Of a DNA stretch of 64,000 nucleotides, positions 1 through 14,078 are shown piece by piece. How positions within the stretch are numbered: position 1 is the stretch's first letter; the number at the start of each line of letters is the position of its first letter. Source of the DNA: the human T2T-CHM13v2.0 reference genome, Homo sapiens; the NCBI RefSeq assembly GCF_009914755.1, contig NC_060931.1; one strand, written 5' to 3'. The notes below the pieces were generated by a model. It worked only from the letters and a program-made list of their open reading frames with translations. It was not told the DNA's origin and ran no database searches. Position numbers and translations under genes: made by a program.

Positions 1-76
1 AGCGCTCTTCATGTGTTTTTTCTCCTTTATTTGTTAGGGAATGAATGAGCTCACTAGTTGCCTTCTTCTGCCATAA

Positions 77-422
<346 letters not shown>

Positions 423-972
423 AATATTCCTTTTAAAATCTCAAACCTGCCAAAACATACAGGAGGGAGAATTATTAGCTCATCAGATTCAGTATATCAA
501 AATGAACCTGCTGACAAGGTGGAACATAATTCACAGACTACAGCTGTTATTAATGTGTGACTATTTCTGGCAAGGCCCAGGGTGCACAATCAGAAAACTA
601 TTAATATATAACAGGCTGAAGTGGAAATGTGAATGAGCCAATACTTGGAATTCCTATAGTATTTACACTAACTGTTCCTCTGCCCTTCTGAACTGAGTAC
701 TTCGCAACTCATAAAATACAATTTCCTGTTTTCCACTTTGCAGCCTCTTCACATCTCCTATTTCTTCTGGCTCCTCTAATTAATGGAAACACTTGCATTT
801 GAGTTCGCATCGATTTGCAAAACATTGTTTAATATGAGAATATTTTCACCGTCGAGGGCATGTTGATTATTCCTAGGTGTAAAACATTCTAGTCAAATTT
901 AATATAAGAAAGTAACATGCATTGTCAATAATTACATGAAAAAATATGGTGGAAGATTTTTTTCTCTGATTA

Positions 973-1428
<456 letters not shown>

Positions 1429-1741
1429 TCAGGGAGCAGCTGCTTTGCACCTGGGACTCTGCACGCTCACCCCATTCAGTCTCCCGGGTGCTCCCTGGCA
1501 GGTGCACCATCATCCTCATTTGATGGTCGAGACTGGAGCGCTAAGAGCGTTGGTGCACACTGGTGGGACCCAAGCTCAGGTGTCTGTGAGACAAGGACTC
1601 TGCCCTCCAGTAATGAGGAAGGTGGCATCCCCTGTCCCTCAGGAAGATTATTGTTTATTTGAGGAAGTGCGGTGTAAAGACCTGAATCAGGAAAGGACAA
1701 GTCAAGGCATTGTGGCATCCAATGGCATCTTAAATGCCTCT

Positions 1742-1961
1742 GGGAGAAGGAGGTCACTGGGATTGAGAACATTCAGAAAAGATTTGTGGGAGGAGGCTGA
1801 ACTTGGGCAGACACTTGAATGAAAAGGATGTGGGGAGTGGAAGGAGCAGGCATTCCCTGCAGTGGGGTGCTGAGATTCAGAGAAAGAAGAGGTGCAGGGT
1901 GGTGTCTTGATGAGGCACTAAGACCAGCTCACAGGCCGATGAGGGTGAGATCTCGAAATCT
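1742..1961 (+). repeat. Copy 1 of ~220-bp local direct duplication
   Basis: Collinear with 3736-3957 (gagaacattcagaaaagattt, tgcagtggggtgctgagat, agggtggtgtcttgatgag). Confidence 0.9.
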
Positions 1962-2107
1962 GTCTGTTGTCACACTGCCTCTCTATACTAACAGTTTTTT
2001 AGTGAAAAACACAGTGAGAACCAGATAAGTGAGTTCACTGAATTTTATTTCCAAAAAAATGGAAAGCTCTAGTAACGTTCTGCAGTAACACTTTGGCTCA
2101 TGTCTAA

Positions 2108-2176
2108 GTTCTTTTTTTCTTTCTTTCTTTCTTTCTTTTTTTTTTTTTGAGACAGAGTCTCGCTCTGTCGCCCAGG
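2108..2176 (-). mobile_element. Alu 3' fragment (tail plus ~30 bp)
   Basis: (TTTC)n/T tail followed by gagacagagtctcgctctgtcgcccagg. Confidence 0.8.
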
Positions 2177-2364
2177 TGACATTTCTCACAATAGCAAAAG
2201 TTTGAAATATGAGTGTTCATCAGTAGTGGAATGATTAAATTAGGGTACATATAGACAGTGGGATACTCTGAAACTGTTACAGATGATGATATAGCTCTAA
2301 AGGAAATTGTCTATACTATATTCTTCAGTGAACAAGGTAAATTAGAAAGTATTATATAGTTTTT

Positions 2365-2627
2365 TAAATTTTATTTATTTATTTATTTTGAGAGGGAGTC
2401 TCGCTCTGTCGCCCAGGAGTGCAGTGGTGCGATCTCGGCTCACGGCAAGCTCTGCCTCCCAGGTTCACGCCATTCTCCTGCCTCAGCCTCCCGGTAGCTG
2501 GGACTACAGGTGCCCGCCACCATGCCTGGCTAATTTTTTATATTTTTAGTAGAGACAGGGTTTCACCATGTTAGCCAGGATGGTCTTGATCTCCTGACCT
2601 CATGATCCGCCCGCCTCGGCCTCCCAA
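2365..2627 (-). mobile_element. AluY-like SINE, 5' end missing
   Basis: caagctctgcctcccaggttcacgccattctcc and ttagccaggatggtcttgatctcc are Y-type features. Confidence 0.9.
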
Positions 2628-2784
2628 TTTTTTTTCTTTCTTGCATTATGCATTTTTCATCAAATGCTTGGCTTCGTGCCTTCTACCATGAAGACCCCAC
2701 TTCACAGCGACACATGCTCTTGGGTCACTCCGCCACCCGTGGGGTTGTGAATCAAGTTCTTCAGGGAGAGAAGACAAGCTGACA

Positions 2785-3010
2785 GGGGTGGGACTTGAGT
2801 TCTGTGCATCTGTGATCAGATTCCGCCTCCACAGTGCTGGGTGGTGGGAGGAAGCCCATTCATCTCTGTGAGACTAAAGTCCCTCATCTGTCAATCAAGA
2901 TGCTAAATTTTATTTATTTATTTATTTAGAGACTGGCCCTTGTTGTGTTATCCAGAGTGGTGTGATCATATGAGATGCTAAATATTCCCTCGTGGGTTGT
3001 CATGAGGTTC
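2785..3010 (+). mobile_element. MIR fragment interrupted by a ~64-bp Alu remnant (2909-2972, minus)
   Basis: MIR-like core ctcatctgtcaa...gggttgtcatgagg; TSD agatgctaaat at 2898-2908 and 2973-2983. Confidence 0.65.
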
Positions 3011-3735
3011 AGCTGCAACCCTGGCTGGCACAGGCCATGACACTTCCAGCAATGTACCTGCCCAGCTGGGATTAATCACTGACATTTAACTCCCAGTTGA
3101 TGGCACCTGTGTACGGATGAATTCCTCAAAACAGTATCAGAATCTTACGTACTCACTGGTCTCAGCGAGTATTCACAGAGAAAGCAAGAAGGATGGTATT
3201 TGATTACTCAATAAGTGAGTCCTGAGGGGTCATTGCTAGGCAGGCTGAGGGGTGGTCTCTGCAGCCCCTCACAGCCTTTGAACAGCCAGAACTTTGATTG
3301 ATGAACAGGTGCTTTCCTGTAAAAAGCAAGAAGCACTATGGAATCACAGTTTTTGTTGATTTTTTCCCCTGCTGGTAGTCTGGTCTTCATGATATCATTC
3401 TTCCAGAAAGCCAACCCTTTCTTGCAAAAGTACAAGGTGTGCTCAGGAAAAATGCTGCTAGTGCCAAGATTCCTCTTTCCATTTCTGTGGCCCTCAGGTG
3501 TGGACATCGCTGCCTTATTTTCCCTAAAGTGACAAACAGGATCACATCACATATTTAAACTCTGAAATCGGTATTATGAGGTTTAATCTGTATCCATGTA
3601 GGTTTTATCTTGTTGCAACTGTTTCCATCCTCTCGCGTTTCCAGTGCCCCCATATTGACCAGGAGCACCATCTAGGCATCCGTTTGTGTTCCTCCTGCCC
3701 CCCACCCCCACCATGCTTCTGTCTGTCTTCTCCAT

Positions 3736-3957
3736 GAGTAGGAGGAGGTCACTTGGATCGAGAACATTCAGAAAAGATTTGCAGGAGGAGACTGAACTTG
3801 GAGAGATGCTTGAAGGGAAAGGATTTGGGGGGTGTGCAAGAGGGGGCATTCCTTGCAGTGGGGTGCTGAGATACAGAGAAGGAAGAGGCTTAGGGTGGTG
3901 TCTTGATGAGACACTAAGACTGGCTCACAGGTTGATGAGAACGAGATCTAGAAATCG
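3736..3957 (+). repeat. Copy 2 of ~220-bp local direct duplication
   Basis: Collinear with 1742-1961. Confidence 0.9.
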
Positions 3958-4639
3958 GACTACTGCCATGTCAGCTCACTTCATGAATATCATGAAGACC
4001 AGTCCACCAGGAGGATCCAACGGGAAGGCAACTTTTTTAAGCAAAGGGATTCTAGCTCTCCACTGGATTACCCTGTTTCATATGTAAAAGTTAGGTTAAC
4101 TCGGAACAGGAGATGCAAAAACCCCATCTACTTAGAGAAAGCTGAGGAGAACAAAAGTAGCGTTAGCTGGAGACATATGCCATTTGTTGGAGTGTCCACT
4201 GAGCTCGTGCAATACTGGTTGAAGCCACTTCTCACAGAGATGAAGCACCCCGTGGGTGAGCCTGGAAATAAAAGTGCATGGAGCCAGGCTGTGGATGACG
4301 GAAATAGTAAATGGCAAAGCAGAGGAGGGCTTGAGCATGGGTGTTTGGGCAGGTGAGCAAGCGTGCAGGGTGCAGAAACCACAGCTGTGAGAAGGGGCTT
4401 TTCCAGAGTGAGGTTACAGAAAGATCAAGTGAGGCAGGACAGCATGTGGACCTGGAAGAGAACATAGGCAGGGGGCGAAAGAGTGTGGAAAGAAGAGAAA
4501 ATGAAGCTATATAGACTTCAAGTAACAGCATCATTGCTCTAGAACTAGGTCATTCTTGGTCTCTGAGCTCCGGACAAATTCTGAAGTGACCTACATCATT
4601 CATAGAGGCAGAAGGAGGCTACCATTCATTCCAGCAAGC

Positions 4640-4900
4640 AGGGAAGGCTTTCTTGATATGTGCTGGTCCCAGACTAAGCCTGGAACACAGTGACACACAG
4701 TCCTTGCCCTCAGGGAACTGAAAGACTAGGAGGGGAGGGAGTCATGTCCATAAATTCAAAGGCCATAGTTGCTGCAAGATGGCAATGAGATGCTAGGAGA
4801 CTATAGGTGGGTTTTCTAGCCAAGTCTTGGGAGAATTCAGGAAGGCTTCCTGGAAGAGGAGACATCCAAGCCAAGGCTGAAAGAGCAGGAGCCCAGCAGG
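4640..4900 (-). mobile_element. L2 LINE fragment
   Basis: ccttgccctcaggga and tcaggaaggcttcctggaagagg are typical antisense L2 3' motifs. Confidence 0.6.
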
Positions 4901-5434
4901 TGGGTGGGCCCAGGCCATGGACATAGCGTCTCCAGGAGGATCATGTGATCCACCCAGACTCTCATCTATGTTGCTTGCTTTTACCATGTAGGGTCCCTAC
5001 CATTTATTTTCTCATATGAGTGAAGCTGTCTCCTTCACCAGCCCCCACATTATCATGTACTGTTTTCGTCCAGTCCTCTACAGCCTCCCCCCAACCGAGC
5101 CCCACAGCCCCTGCTGCCAAAGGGATTACTGTAGGCTTTGGGACATTCTGGACTAATCCCACGTTCTTCACCCCCTTTTATGTCAGTCACCAGGAGAAGC
5201 TCGTGACTAACCACACTTGGTAGCTCTTTGTGCGCCATACCTTCCCCGACTTTCTCTTCTGCTTATTTTTTCTGTTTCTTGTTTCACAATCTGACATCTC
5301 ATGTGTCTGGAAGGTCAGCTCCATGAGGTCAGGAATTGCCTACTTTTTTTTTCAACTGTTGTACACTCAGCACCTAGAAGAGTACATGGCATGCAGTGGG
5401 TGCTCAAAACACAGTGATTGTGCTGAGTGCAAAG

Positions 5435-5692
5435 GCTCAGCCTGTAATCCCATCACTTTGGGAGACCAAGGGGGGAGTTTCACTTGAGCCCAGAAGTTCA
5501 AGACCAGCCTGGGCAACATGACGGAACCCCATCTCTATTAAAAATACAAAAAACTAGCTGGATGTGGTGGTGCACACCTGTAGTCCCAGCTACTTGGGAG
5601 CTCGAAGTAGGAGGATTGCTTGAGCCTGAAAGGTCGAGCTGTAATCACACCACTCCAGCCTGGGCAACAGAGTGAGAGACCCTGTCAAAAAA
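5435..5692 (+). mobile_element. AluJ SINE inserted in an L2 3' end
   Basis: cttgagcccagaagttcaagaccagcctgggcaacatg and ggattgcttgagcct. L2 tail sequence (cagcacctaga...ttgaatgaatga) flanks it. Confidence 0.88.
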
Positions 5693-7489
5693 TATATAGT
5701 GATTGAATGAATGAGTTATACTGCTAAATGGTTTAAACAATTATCTAAACATTGTTTATGTTCTTTTGAGACTTTGAAGACATTGACTTTCAAATCCAGT
5801 AGTTTCCAAATTTAATCATCAGAATTACTTGGAGCACTTTTTAAAAATGCCCAAGTCTTCCCCCCAAAACTCTTGGAGTAGTTACTTCAGGATATGCGAC
5901 TCTGAGATTTTGGTTTTGATTCAGATATAATCCAGGCATTGGGACCATTTTGCAAAGGAGAGAGTAGACCAGAGATAATGAGTGCATTATCTCTGCCAGG
6001 GTCTGCTGGGGAGAACCTGCCCTGATGCCCAGGCCAGCGTGCTTTGGCTGCCTGGCTTATGTCTAACAGGAGCTGGAGGGCATGAGGGTGGGACGCTACT
6101 GTTCACATCACAGGGAAGATGTGAATGGGGGTGGTTTGGGGTGGAGCGTTGACCAGGCTTTTAAGAGAACTGTGGGTTTATGCCTGGTAATGATAAAGGA
6201 AAGTAGATTTCAGGTGCAGAAAACATATCGGTTGTCATTTAAGTAAAGTTAGAATCATAGGTCTGAGATAATTTAATAGACTTTTCCATTTGTCAAAGAT
6301 GTATGTCTTATTTCCCAGTGATCTGTTTCCTTCTCAAATATACTTGCTACTACAAATGACATTCCAAGAGCCCATTTCAGTCCCCTGAGCGTTTTGATTT
6401 TTCTTTCGAGCAGTAGACCTGCTGTAGTTTAAGCTGGTTGGGAAAGCTGTCGTTCACCTTGATGGATTACCGTCCCCGCAGTGAGCACCCAGTCTCCAGA
6501 AAGTTCACGGCTCCCTCACCTTATGTATCTGATTTATGTAGAAACGTCGATAAATTAGTTAGGAGGGCATTCTTGCTGATATCAGCAATCCCAGAGCACC
6601 TGGGAGGAAAGCAGAGTGAAGATTTTGAAAGTCACAGGCGATGTCGGCCACTCTCCTGTGTGGCCCAGGAACCTCACACAATGATAAGATAAGGAAGTTT
6701 AATGGATGGTGCTGCCTTCTGAAAGATTAATCGTGCCTTGAAATCTAGATATTTTCATTTCAGGCTGAAAACAGTAAATTAGAAATTAATAAAAAGGAGA
6801 TGATTTCATCAGCTCAACAAGTGCTTCTGATTTCAAGAAGTTTTCCTTAAATTTTTTTTTCACTGCTGAAAAAAATCAGTGTCTTGATAATTTTATGAAG
6901 TAGCCTGTAATTATTTCACTATGGCTTTGCATCTGAGAACTGACCATTTGTGTTTTGAATTCATGTCAAACAATAATATATTCGATAGCATTTTATGATT
7001 TATTTTAGTGCCTAAATATTTATAAAACAAAGGCAGGGTTTTTTATTTTCAAATTTATGAGCTAGATAATGTCTTGAAGATGTACAACATAGTATACTAA
7101 TTTTCCTTGCATTCTGGCGTCCTCAAAATGTAATAGGCAAGTTTATTCTTAGACAAAAGCCCATTTAATTAAAACTCACACGATAACTTTCATACATAGC
7201 AATTGAATTATTCCTAAAAGGATTAAATACCTAAGCTTTGAAGTTGGATGGGTGATTATTACAAAAGCCAGATTAATACAATTGACCTAATTTCTAGTCA
7301 GTGACATTATAAGCAGCCTTGTAAGAATAGCTATTACTACAAATATGCGGGTTTGCAATGTTCAATTCTAAAGTGGTCTAATTTGTTCTTACTACCTGCC
7401 AGAATGTATGCATTCAAGTGGGTGTCCTCCATGACAGCTTTAATTGGTAGTACAATGGTGTGAGTGCGGAAAGGAGCTGGTATTTTTCC

Positions 7490-7990
7490 TGTTTATTAAT
7501 TAATTGAACAATTGATTGGTCATCTACTGCATGCCAGTTAGCTTATTAGGGGCTCAGATGCAAGTGGGGGAAGGTAATAATCAACAAGGAAATATCTGTC
7601 ATGTAGAGAAATAAAGGAAGGTAGGGTGGAGGGTTAAAGTAAGACAGGTTCAGTATTCCACTGGGGATCAGGGAGGGCTCTCACTTAAGTGAGGTAGGTT
7701 GACCATGGATTACCTGGGGGCAGAGTGTGCTCAAGCAGCACCTGCAGGCCACAGGGAGGCTTTGAGTTTTGTTCTGAGTGAGATTGGAAGGTGTTGGAGA
7801 GTTTGAGGTTTTTTTATTCTTTGAGATTGGAAGGTGCTGGGTTTTATTCTGTGAGATTGGAGGTATTGAGTGAGATTGGAAGGTGTTGGAGAGTTTCAAG
7901 CAGAAAAACTGTAAGATCTGCAGATGTTTTAAATAGATGTCTCTGTAAATTGTAAAACTGTAAGACATGGGTAAGAAGCAATCATTTTCA
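7490..7990 (-). mobile_element. L2 fragment containing a degenerate internal repeat (gagattggaaggtg x4)
   Basis: Antisense L2-like motifs; repeated gagattggaaggtg at ~7780-7890. Confidence 0.55.
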
Positions 7991-8349
7991 GGGGTGAGAC
8001 TGCTTGTAGGACTTCACATGAGCAAACGCCAGGCAGAGTGTGGAACCTGGACCCTTCAAAGAGAAACGCAGGTGGAAGAAGCAGCAAGGAGGAACGGGGC
8101 TTAGCTGGGCCATCGCCGCCGTCTTCTCTGGCACTGCCCCTGTGTTTTCCGTTCAGAGAAAAGCCTTTCCTAGCATTCATGACCCCCATCCTGTATCATC
8201 CAGGTTCCACACGGTCCTCTTCTGAGAGACCCTCCCGACTACTCCTGTGCCCGTTGCCATGCCATTTGTTGGATCACTTGCAGGCCCCGAGTCTCAAACA
8301 CATGATTTATCATCAGATCGTACAGTCGTCAGAAGGGTCCCACCGTTTC

Positions 8350-8520
8350 TAACCATGTGACCTGGGCGGTTGCTTTACTTCTCCGCACCTCAATGTCCTT
8401 GTCTGTAAAATGGGGCGGATCAGCCCACCTACTGTTTGGGATTAAATGAGGTGATGTGCATAAAGCTGTCAGTGCCATCCCCGGGCTGCAGCGGGCGTTC
8501 TGGAAATATCACAGATTACC
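8350..8520 (+). mobile_element. MIR element, unusually GC/CpG-rich
   Basis: tgtgacctgggc...tctgtaaaatgggg...gggattaaatgag...tgcataaagc. Confidence 0.8.
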
Positions 8521-9389
8521 ATCACTGTCCGCCGCGCGGCATCCGTATGCCCTTGATTCATACACAGTGCCACGCGTGGGGGCGGTTCTCAGTCAGAAAA
8601 TACCAAGAGCAGCCGCCGCATCTTAGAATTTGCTGTGTTTTACTCAGTCCTTTTGGGGTGTCAGCATTTTGTTTTCTGTGTGTTGGCAGTTGATCGGTAA
8701 TTTCCACCGATGCCCCTGTACCTCCTCCATCCCCAGTCTTCCCAGTCTGCATGGCTTCAGGTGTCACTTCTGGGTTCATGTCTGCTAAATTTATGTCGGT
8801 AGTTTTAGACTCTCCTAATCCCCTACTTGGCGTTCCTCATCATTGGTAGGCACATCTCTGAATGTGCGTCTTTCCAGACCCAAATTCAGCTCGTCTTAAA
8901 CTGTACTCCTCTTAAAACCTATTTCTCCTTAATTCAGGTTACAGGGAACACTGCCTCCCTTAGTCCATCATTTGGGCAGCTTCGGTCAATAACCCTCCCC
9001 TGTGGTTCCTCTTCTCTCAGATTTCATCCCCTCTGTCCTGATGAAGCCCCTGCTTCTAGCCTCTCACCAGCTCCTCTTGTTCATCTTGGCTATAGATGCT
9101 TATCAGCAAAGATGTTGGTTCTTCCCAATGGTGAGGATAAAGTGTGGGTGCTGATGAAGGCAGGATAGTGACCTGATGTAGGGTTCTCTGGGTAAAACAC
9201 AATGTTTAGGATTCCCCTCTAGCACAAGGTTGCTTTAGGTCTCGGAGATCAGTGCACCAAGAGAACAGCAACCAGCAGTGACCTCTCCTAATGACAGTGG
9301 TCATACTAGTATGACCATATTAACAGAAGAAAGAAGAGAGGTTGTTTTTTAAAGCACTGGAGATTCCATGTCAGAAAATGTGCTATTCT

Positions 9390-9690
<301 letters not shown>

Positions 9691-11014
9691 TGTGCTATTT
9701 TAATAGATATTCAACTAAGAAATGGGTGGGTGTAAGTGATTTAACCTGAACCCATCTCAGCAGAAACCTCAGTTGATGAACTTTTTCTTTTCTTTTTAAA
9801 CCCACTTTAAGAAGAAGTACATGACAATACCGCAGCCCCTGGAGGTTATTTCATGCAGGTGGAGAGTGGATTCACCACATCCTCCAGCTCTGAGACCGGT
9901 GTTCAGTGAGAGGTGGTTGTGGGCTTTGAGTCTGTGAGATCTTCAGTCATCCAAGTTGGATTTTGTTTATTTGACTTAGGGTAGATGTTGGACCAATACC
10001 TCGTAGGAAGGTTTTTGAATCGGGAGTTGAAGCAAAGCAGCATTTCTTGTTAGTCCTCAGTTAATTAGAAAATTAAATTAACTACAATCCTCATTCCCAG
10101 AGCTTTCTGGGTAATTGATGTCTTACTGTATTTGGATTAGAGAAGGCCCCAGGAGGCACAAGGTTATAATTGTGTAGAATTAGAGAATCTAGGGAAGAAG
10201 GAATGGCAGGTAATTTGCAAAATTTCAAGGCAGGGGGCCCTCCCCAAAGTCCCATGGCAAAGGCATTGCTTGGTGAGCACGCGGGGCTGGGCCAAAGGCT
10301 GCCTACTCGGGAGACATCAGCTGTGGGTCAAGAGCTACTTAAAAGAGAATTCAGGAGATCAAAGTATTGTCTTCCACCATTCATCAGAAGAAAATACATC
10401 TAGATTTAAACCCTGGAATTAGACTGGCTTGATGCTTTTAATTTGCATTTAAAGTCTTAAACTTTTTCTTCTTCCAAATATTTACCATTTTCTGTAGTCC
10501 TTTTAAGTATTTGGACTAGACTTATTTAGAAATGTACAGAGTGCAGAACAATGTAGACTCTTGAGTGGCTAAGAGTCTAAACGGCTGAGGAATGTAGATC
10601 ATTTTTGGACTTAAAATGAAGCTTTAACTGCCCCCAAATGGAGGACCTCCTTTTCTGGAAGCAAATTGCAATCTGAATGCTCTGTGCTAAAGCTTAAAGC
10701 ATAGCAGGAGAAACTATTAGAATTTGTATAGTAGCATTGCCTTGGACGAGCCTAGTGCAAACTGAGCCTGGTATGTGGACCAAGTACTGTTTATGACTTT
10801 TCTTTAAGCATAAGTTACTCAGGGAAAGTATTATCAAAACAAATTTGGTTATAATTGTCTTCAGACTTGTTTTTCTGGGACTTGGGACTTAAAAGAGGGG
10901 AGTAGGCTGTGGATAAGCTTTGGAGTTGGCCCACACAATGGAGATTGTTCAATTTTTTTTTTTTTTTGTCCTCTCAGACCCAGTAACTTTGGGATTTTTA
11001 TTGACTACTTTTTT

Positions 11015-13430
11015 CTCCAATTTTTAAAATTATGGTAAAATATATATAACATAAAATTGTCCATCTTAACCATTTTGAGGTGTATAATTTGGTGGTATTA
11101 AATGCATTAATAATGTTGTATGACGATTACCACCATCTATCTCTGCAACTCTTTTCATTTTGTGTAGCTGAAACTCTGTACTTACTAAACAATCTCTTCA
11201 TTCCTCCCTCCCCCAATCGCTAGCAACCACCATCCAATGTTCTGTCTCCATGATTTTGACTACTCTTAAGTACCTTGTATAAGAGGAATCATCAAGCATT
11301 TTTCTTTCTGGACTGCCTTGTTTCACTTAATATAAGTCCTCAAGGTGCCTCCATGTTGTAGCATGTGTCTGAATTTCCCTCAATTTTTAGTCTGAATAGT
11401 ATTCCATTGTATGTGTATGTTACATTTTGCTCATCCATTTATCAGTTGATAGACTCTTGGTTTCCATCCATGTTTTAGGTATTATGAATAATGCTGTATA
11501 CCAGAAGTGGAATTGCTGGATCATATGGTTATTTCATTTTTAATATTTTGAGGAACCATCATACTGTTTGCCACAGCATCTCTATCGTTTTACACTCTCA
11601 CCAACAGTGCACAAGGGTTCAGTTTCTCCACATCCTCACTAACTTATTTTCTGTTTGTTTGTTTGTTTGTTTTTAACAGTAGCCATCCTACTAAAGAGGA
11701 TCTCATTGTGGTTTTGATTTGCATTTCCCTAATGATTAGTGGTGTTGAGCATCATTTCATATGCTATTTGGCCATTTGTGTACCTTTTTTGGAGAACTGT
11801 CTATTTAAAAGTTCTGCCCATTATTGAATTGAGTTGTTTTGTTGTATTTTTTGAGTTTTAGAAGTTCTCTATTTGTTAATTCCTTATTACATATATATAT
11901 ATATGAATTGCAAATATTATTTCCTCTCCTGTGGGTTGCCTTTTTATTCTATTAATATTGTCTTTTATGCAAAATTTTAAACAATTTCTCGAAGTCCTAT
12001 TTGTTTATTTTTCCTGGTTGCCTATGCCTTTGGTGACAATAAATCAATGCCAAGAAATCATGGACAAACCAAATGTCATGAAGTTTTGCCCTGTCTTTTC
12101 TTTTAAGAGTTTCATAGTTTTAGATCTTACATTTAGGTCTTTGATCCATTTTGAGTTAATTTTTGTATATAGTGTAAGGTAAGGGTCTAGCTTTATTCTT
12201 TTGTATGCCAATATCCACTTTTCCTAATCATTTGTTGAAAGAACTGACATTTCCTCACTGAATGATTTTAGGACTTTTAACAAAAGTCATTTGTCCATAT
12301 ATGCAAGTTTCTTGGCTCTCTACTTAATGCATTGGGATTGCGATAGAGATGGTGTTGAGTCTGTATATCACTTTGTGTGGTGCCTTACTTCATTTGGGCT
12401 GCTATGACGTAATACCATGGACTAGGTAGCCTCTAAACAACAGACATTTATTTCTCACCATTCTGGAGTCTGAAAAGTCTAAGATTAAGGCACTGGCAGA
12501 TTTCACATCTGATGAGGGTGTGTTTATCATAGATGGTGCCTTCTCTCTGTGTCCTCAAATGATGAAAGGGACAAACAGGCTCTTTCAGGCCTTTTGTAAG
12601 GTCTCTAATCTTATCCGTGAACATTCTGCCTTCTTGACCTAATCAACTCCCAAAGTCCCTCACCTCTTAATACCATCAGGTTGGAGGTTAGGTTTCAACA
12701 TACAAATTTTGGGGGGAAACAAACTTTCATATTGTAGCGGGTAGCATTGACATCTTAACAACATTAAGTCTTCCCATCCATGAACATGGGATGTGTTTCC
12801 ATTTAATTATGTCTTCTTTAATTTCTTTCAGCAAGGCTTTGTAGTTTTCATTTTACAAGTTGTTCACCTCCGCGGCTAAGTTAATTCCTAGGTATTTTAT
12901 TCTTTTTGATGCTGTTGTAAATGGAGTTGTTTTTATCATTTCCTTTTCAGATTGTTCATTGTTAGCATAGAGAAATTCAACTGAATATTGTGCATGGACT
13001 TTGAAATTTTGCAGAATGTACTGATTAGTTTTAACAGGATTTTAAAAAATGGGATCCTTAAGGTTTTTATATATAAAATTGTATCATGTGTAAACAGATC
13101 ATTTTACTTTTTTTTCTGATTTAAATTACTTTTCTTTCTTTTTTTATTTTTGGTCTAATTGTTCTGGCTAGAACTTCTAATATTCTGTTGAATCAAATAA
13201 GTGGTAAAAGTTGGCATCCTTACGTTGTTCTCTATTTTAAAGGAAAATATTTCAGTCTTTTGTCATTGAGTATGATGTTCACTCTGGGTTTTTGTATGGA
13301 TTTTATTTATTTTGAGGTAGTTCTCTTCTATTTCTAATTTCTTGAGTTTTTTTTTTTTTTAATCATAAAGCGCTGTTGAATTCTGTCAAATGCTTTTTCT
13401 GCATCAATTGAGATTATTACATTGATTGCT
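11015..13430 (-). mobile_element. Old L1 (L1MA/L1MB-type) 3' portion, interrupted by an MLT1 LTR
   Basis: Antisense L1 motifs: gaattgctggatcatatggt, tttgatttgcatttccctaatgatt, ttgaattctgtcaaatgctttttctgcatc. Confidence 0.9.
12381..12738 (-). mobile_element. MLT1 (ERVL-MaLR) solo LTR nested in L1
   Basis: gggctgctatgac...aacaacagacatttatttctcac...gacctaatca...ggtttcaacat; L1 sequence resumes on both sides. Confidence 0.85.
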
Positions 13431-13539
13431 TTTTTTAAAGTCCTTATGACTTCGGAAGAGAATATACTTACGAATTGTTATTTTTGAATTGACCTGATTT
13501 AACTCTCCAGTCACTCAAATAATGGCACAAATAAAAATT

Positions 13540-13780
13540 ATAACAATGATTATGTGCTTACTATGTGCATGACACTGTGCAAAACAATTCATGTTCATTA
13601 TGTAGTTACTACTCAAAATACCTCCTAGGTAGGTACTGCTATTCTTTCCATTCTACAGATGAGAAACCAGGGCTGAGAGATGTTCAGTAACATGTCCAAG
13701 CCACCAGGCCAGGAAATAGTGGGACTGTGATTTAAACTCTATTTAACTCCTGTGCCTGCACTTGTGAGAGCTGTGCTACA
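13540..13780 (-). mobile_element. MIR
   Basis: ccattctacagatgagaaaccagggctgagaga core. Confidence 0.75.
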
Positions 13781-14078
13781 CGTGTGGACAGGACCCTTAT
13801 TCTAATACTGTGGAGTGGAAAGGAAGGAAGAAAGGGAGGGAGGGAAATAAGTATAATGATCCTCTTTTCCTATAACTTCAGAGAGAGTAATTGTCCAGCT
13901 AGCACCTTCCTGAACCAAGGGAATGCTATCTCGTGCTCATATTGAAAGAAAGATAAAAAGACAATCGGTGAAGGATTGTAATGAAGATTAAAGGAGCCTG
14001 GAGCACAACTTTGGTTTCCCTGATATTTTTCATTACACAGAGTTATTACGTGTTAGAGCACACACAAAGTGTATTCTC

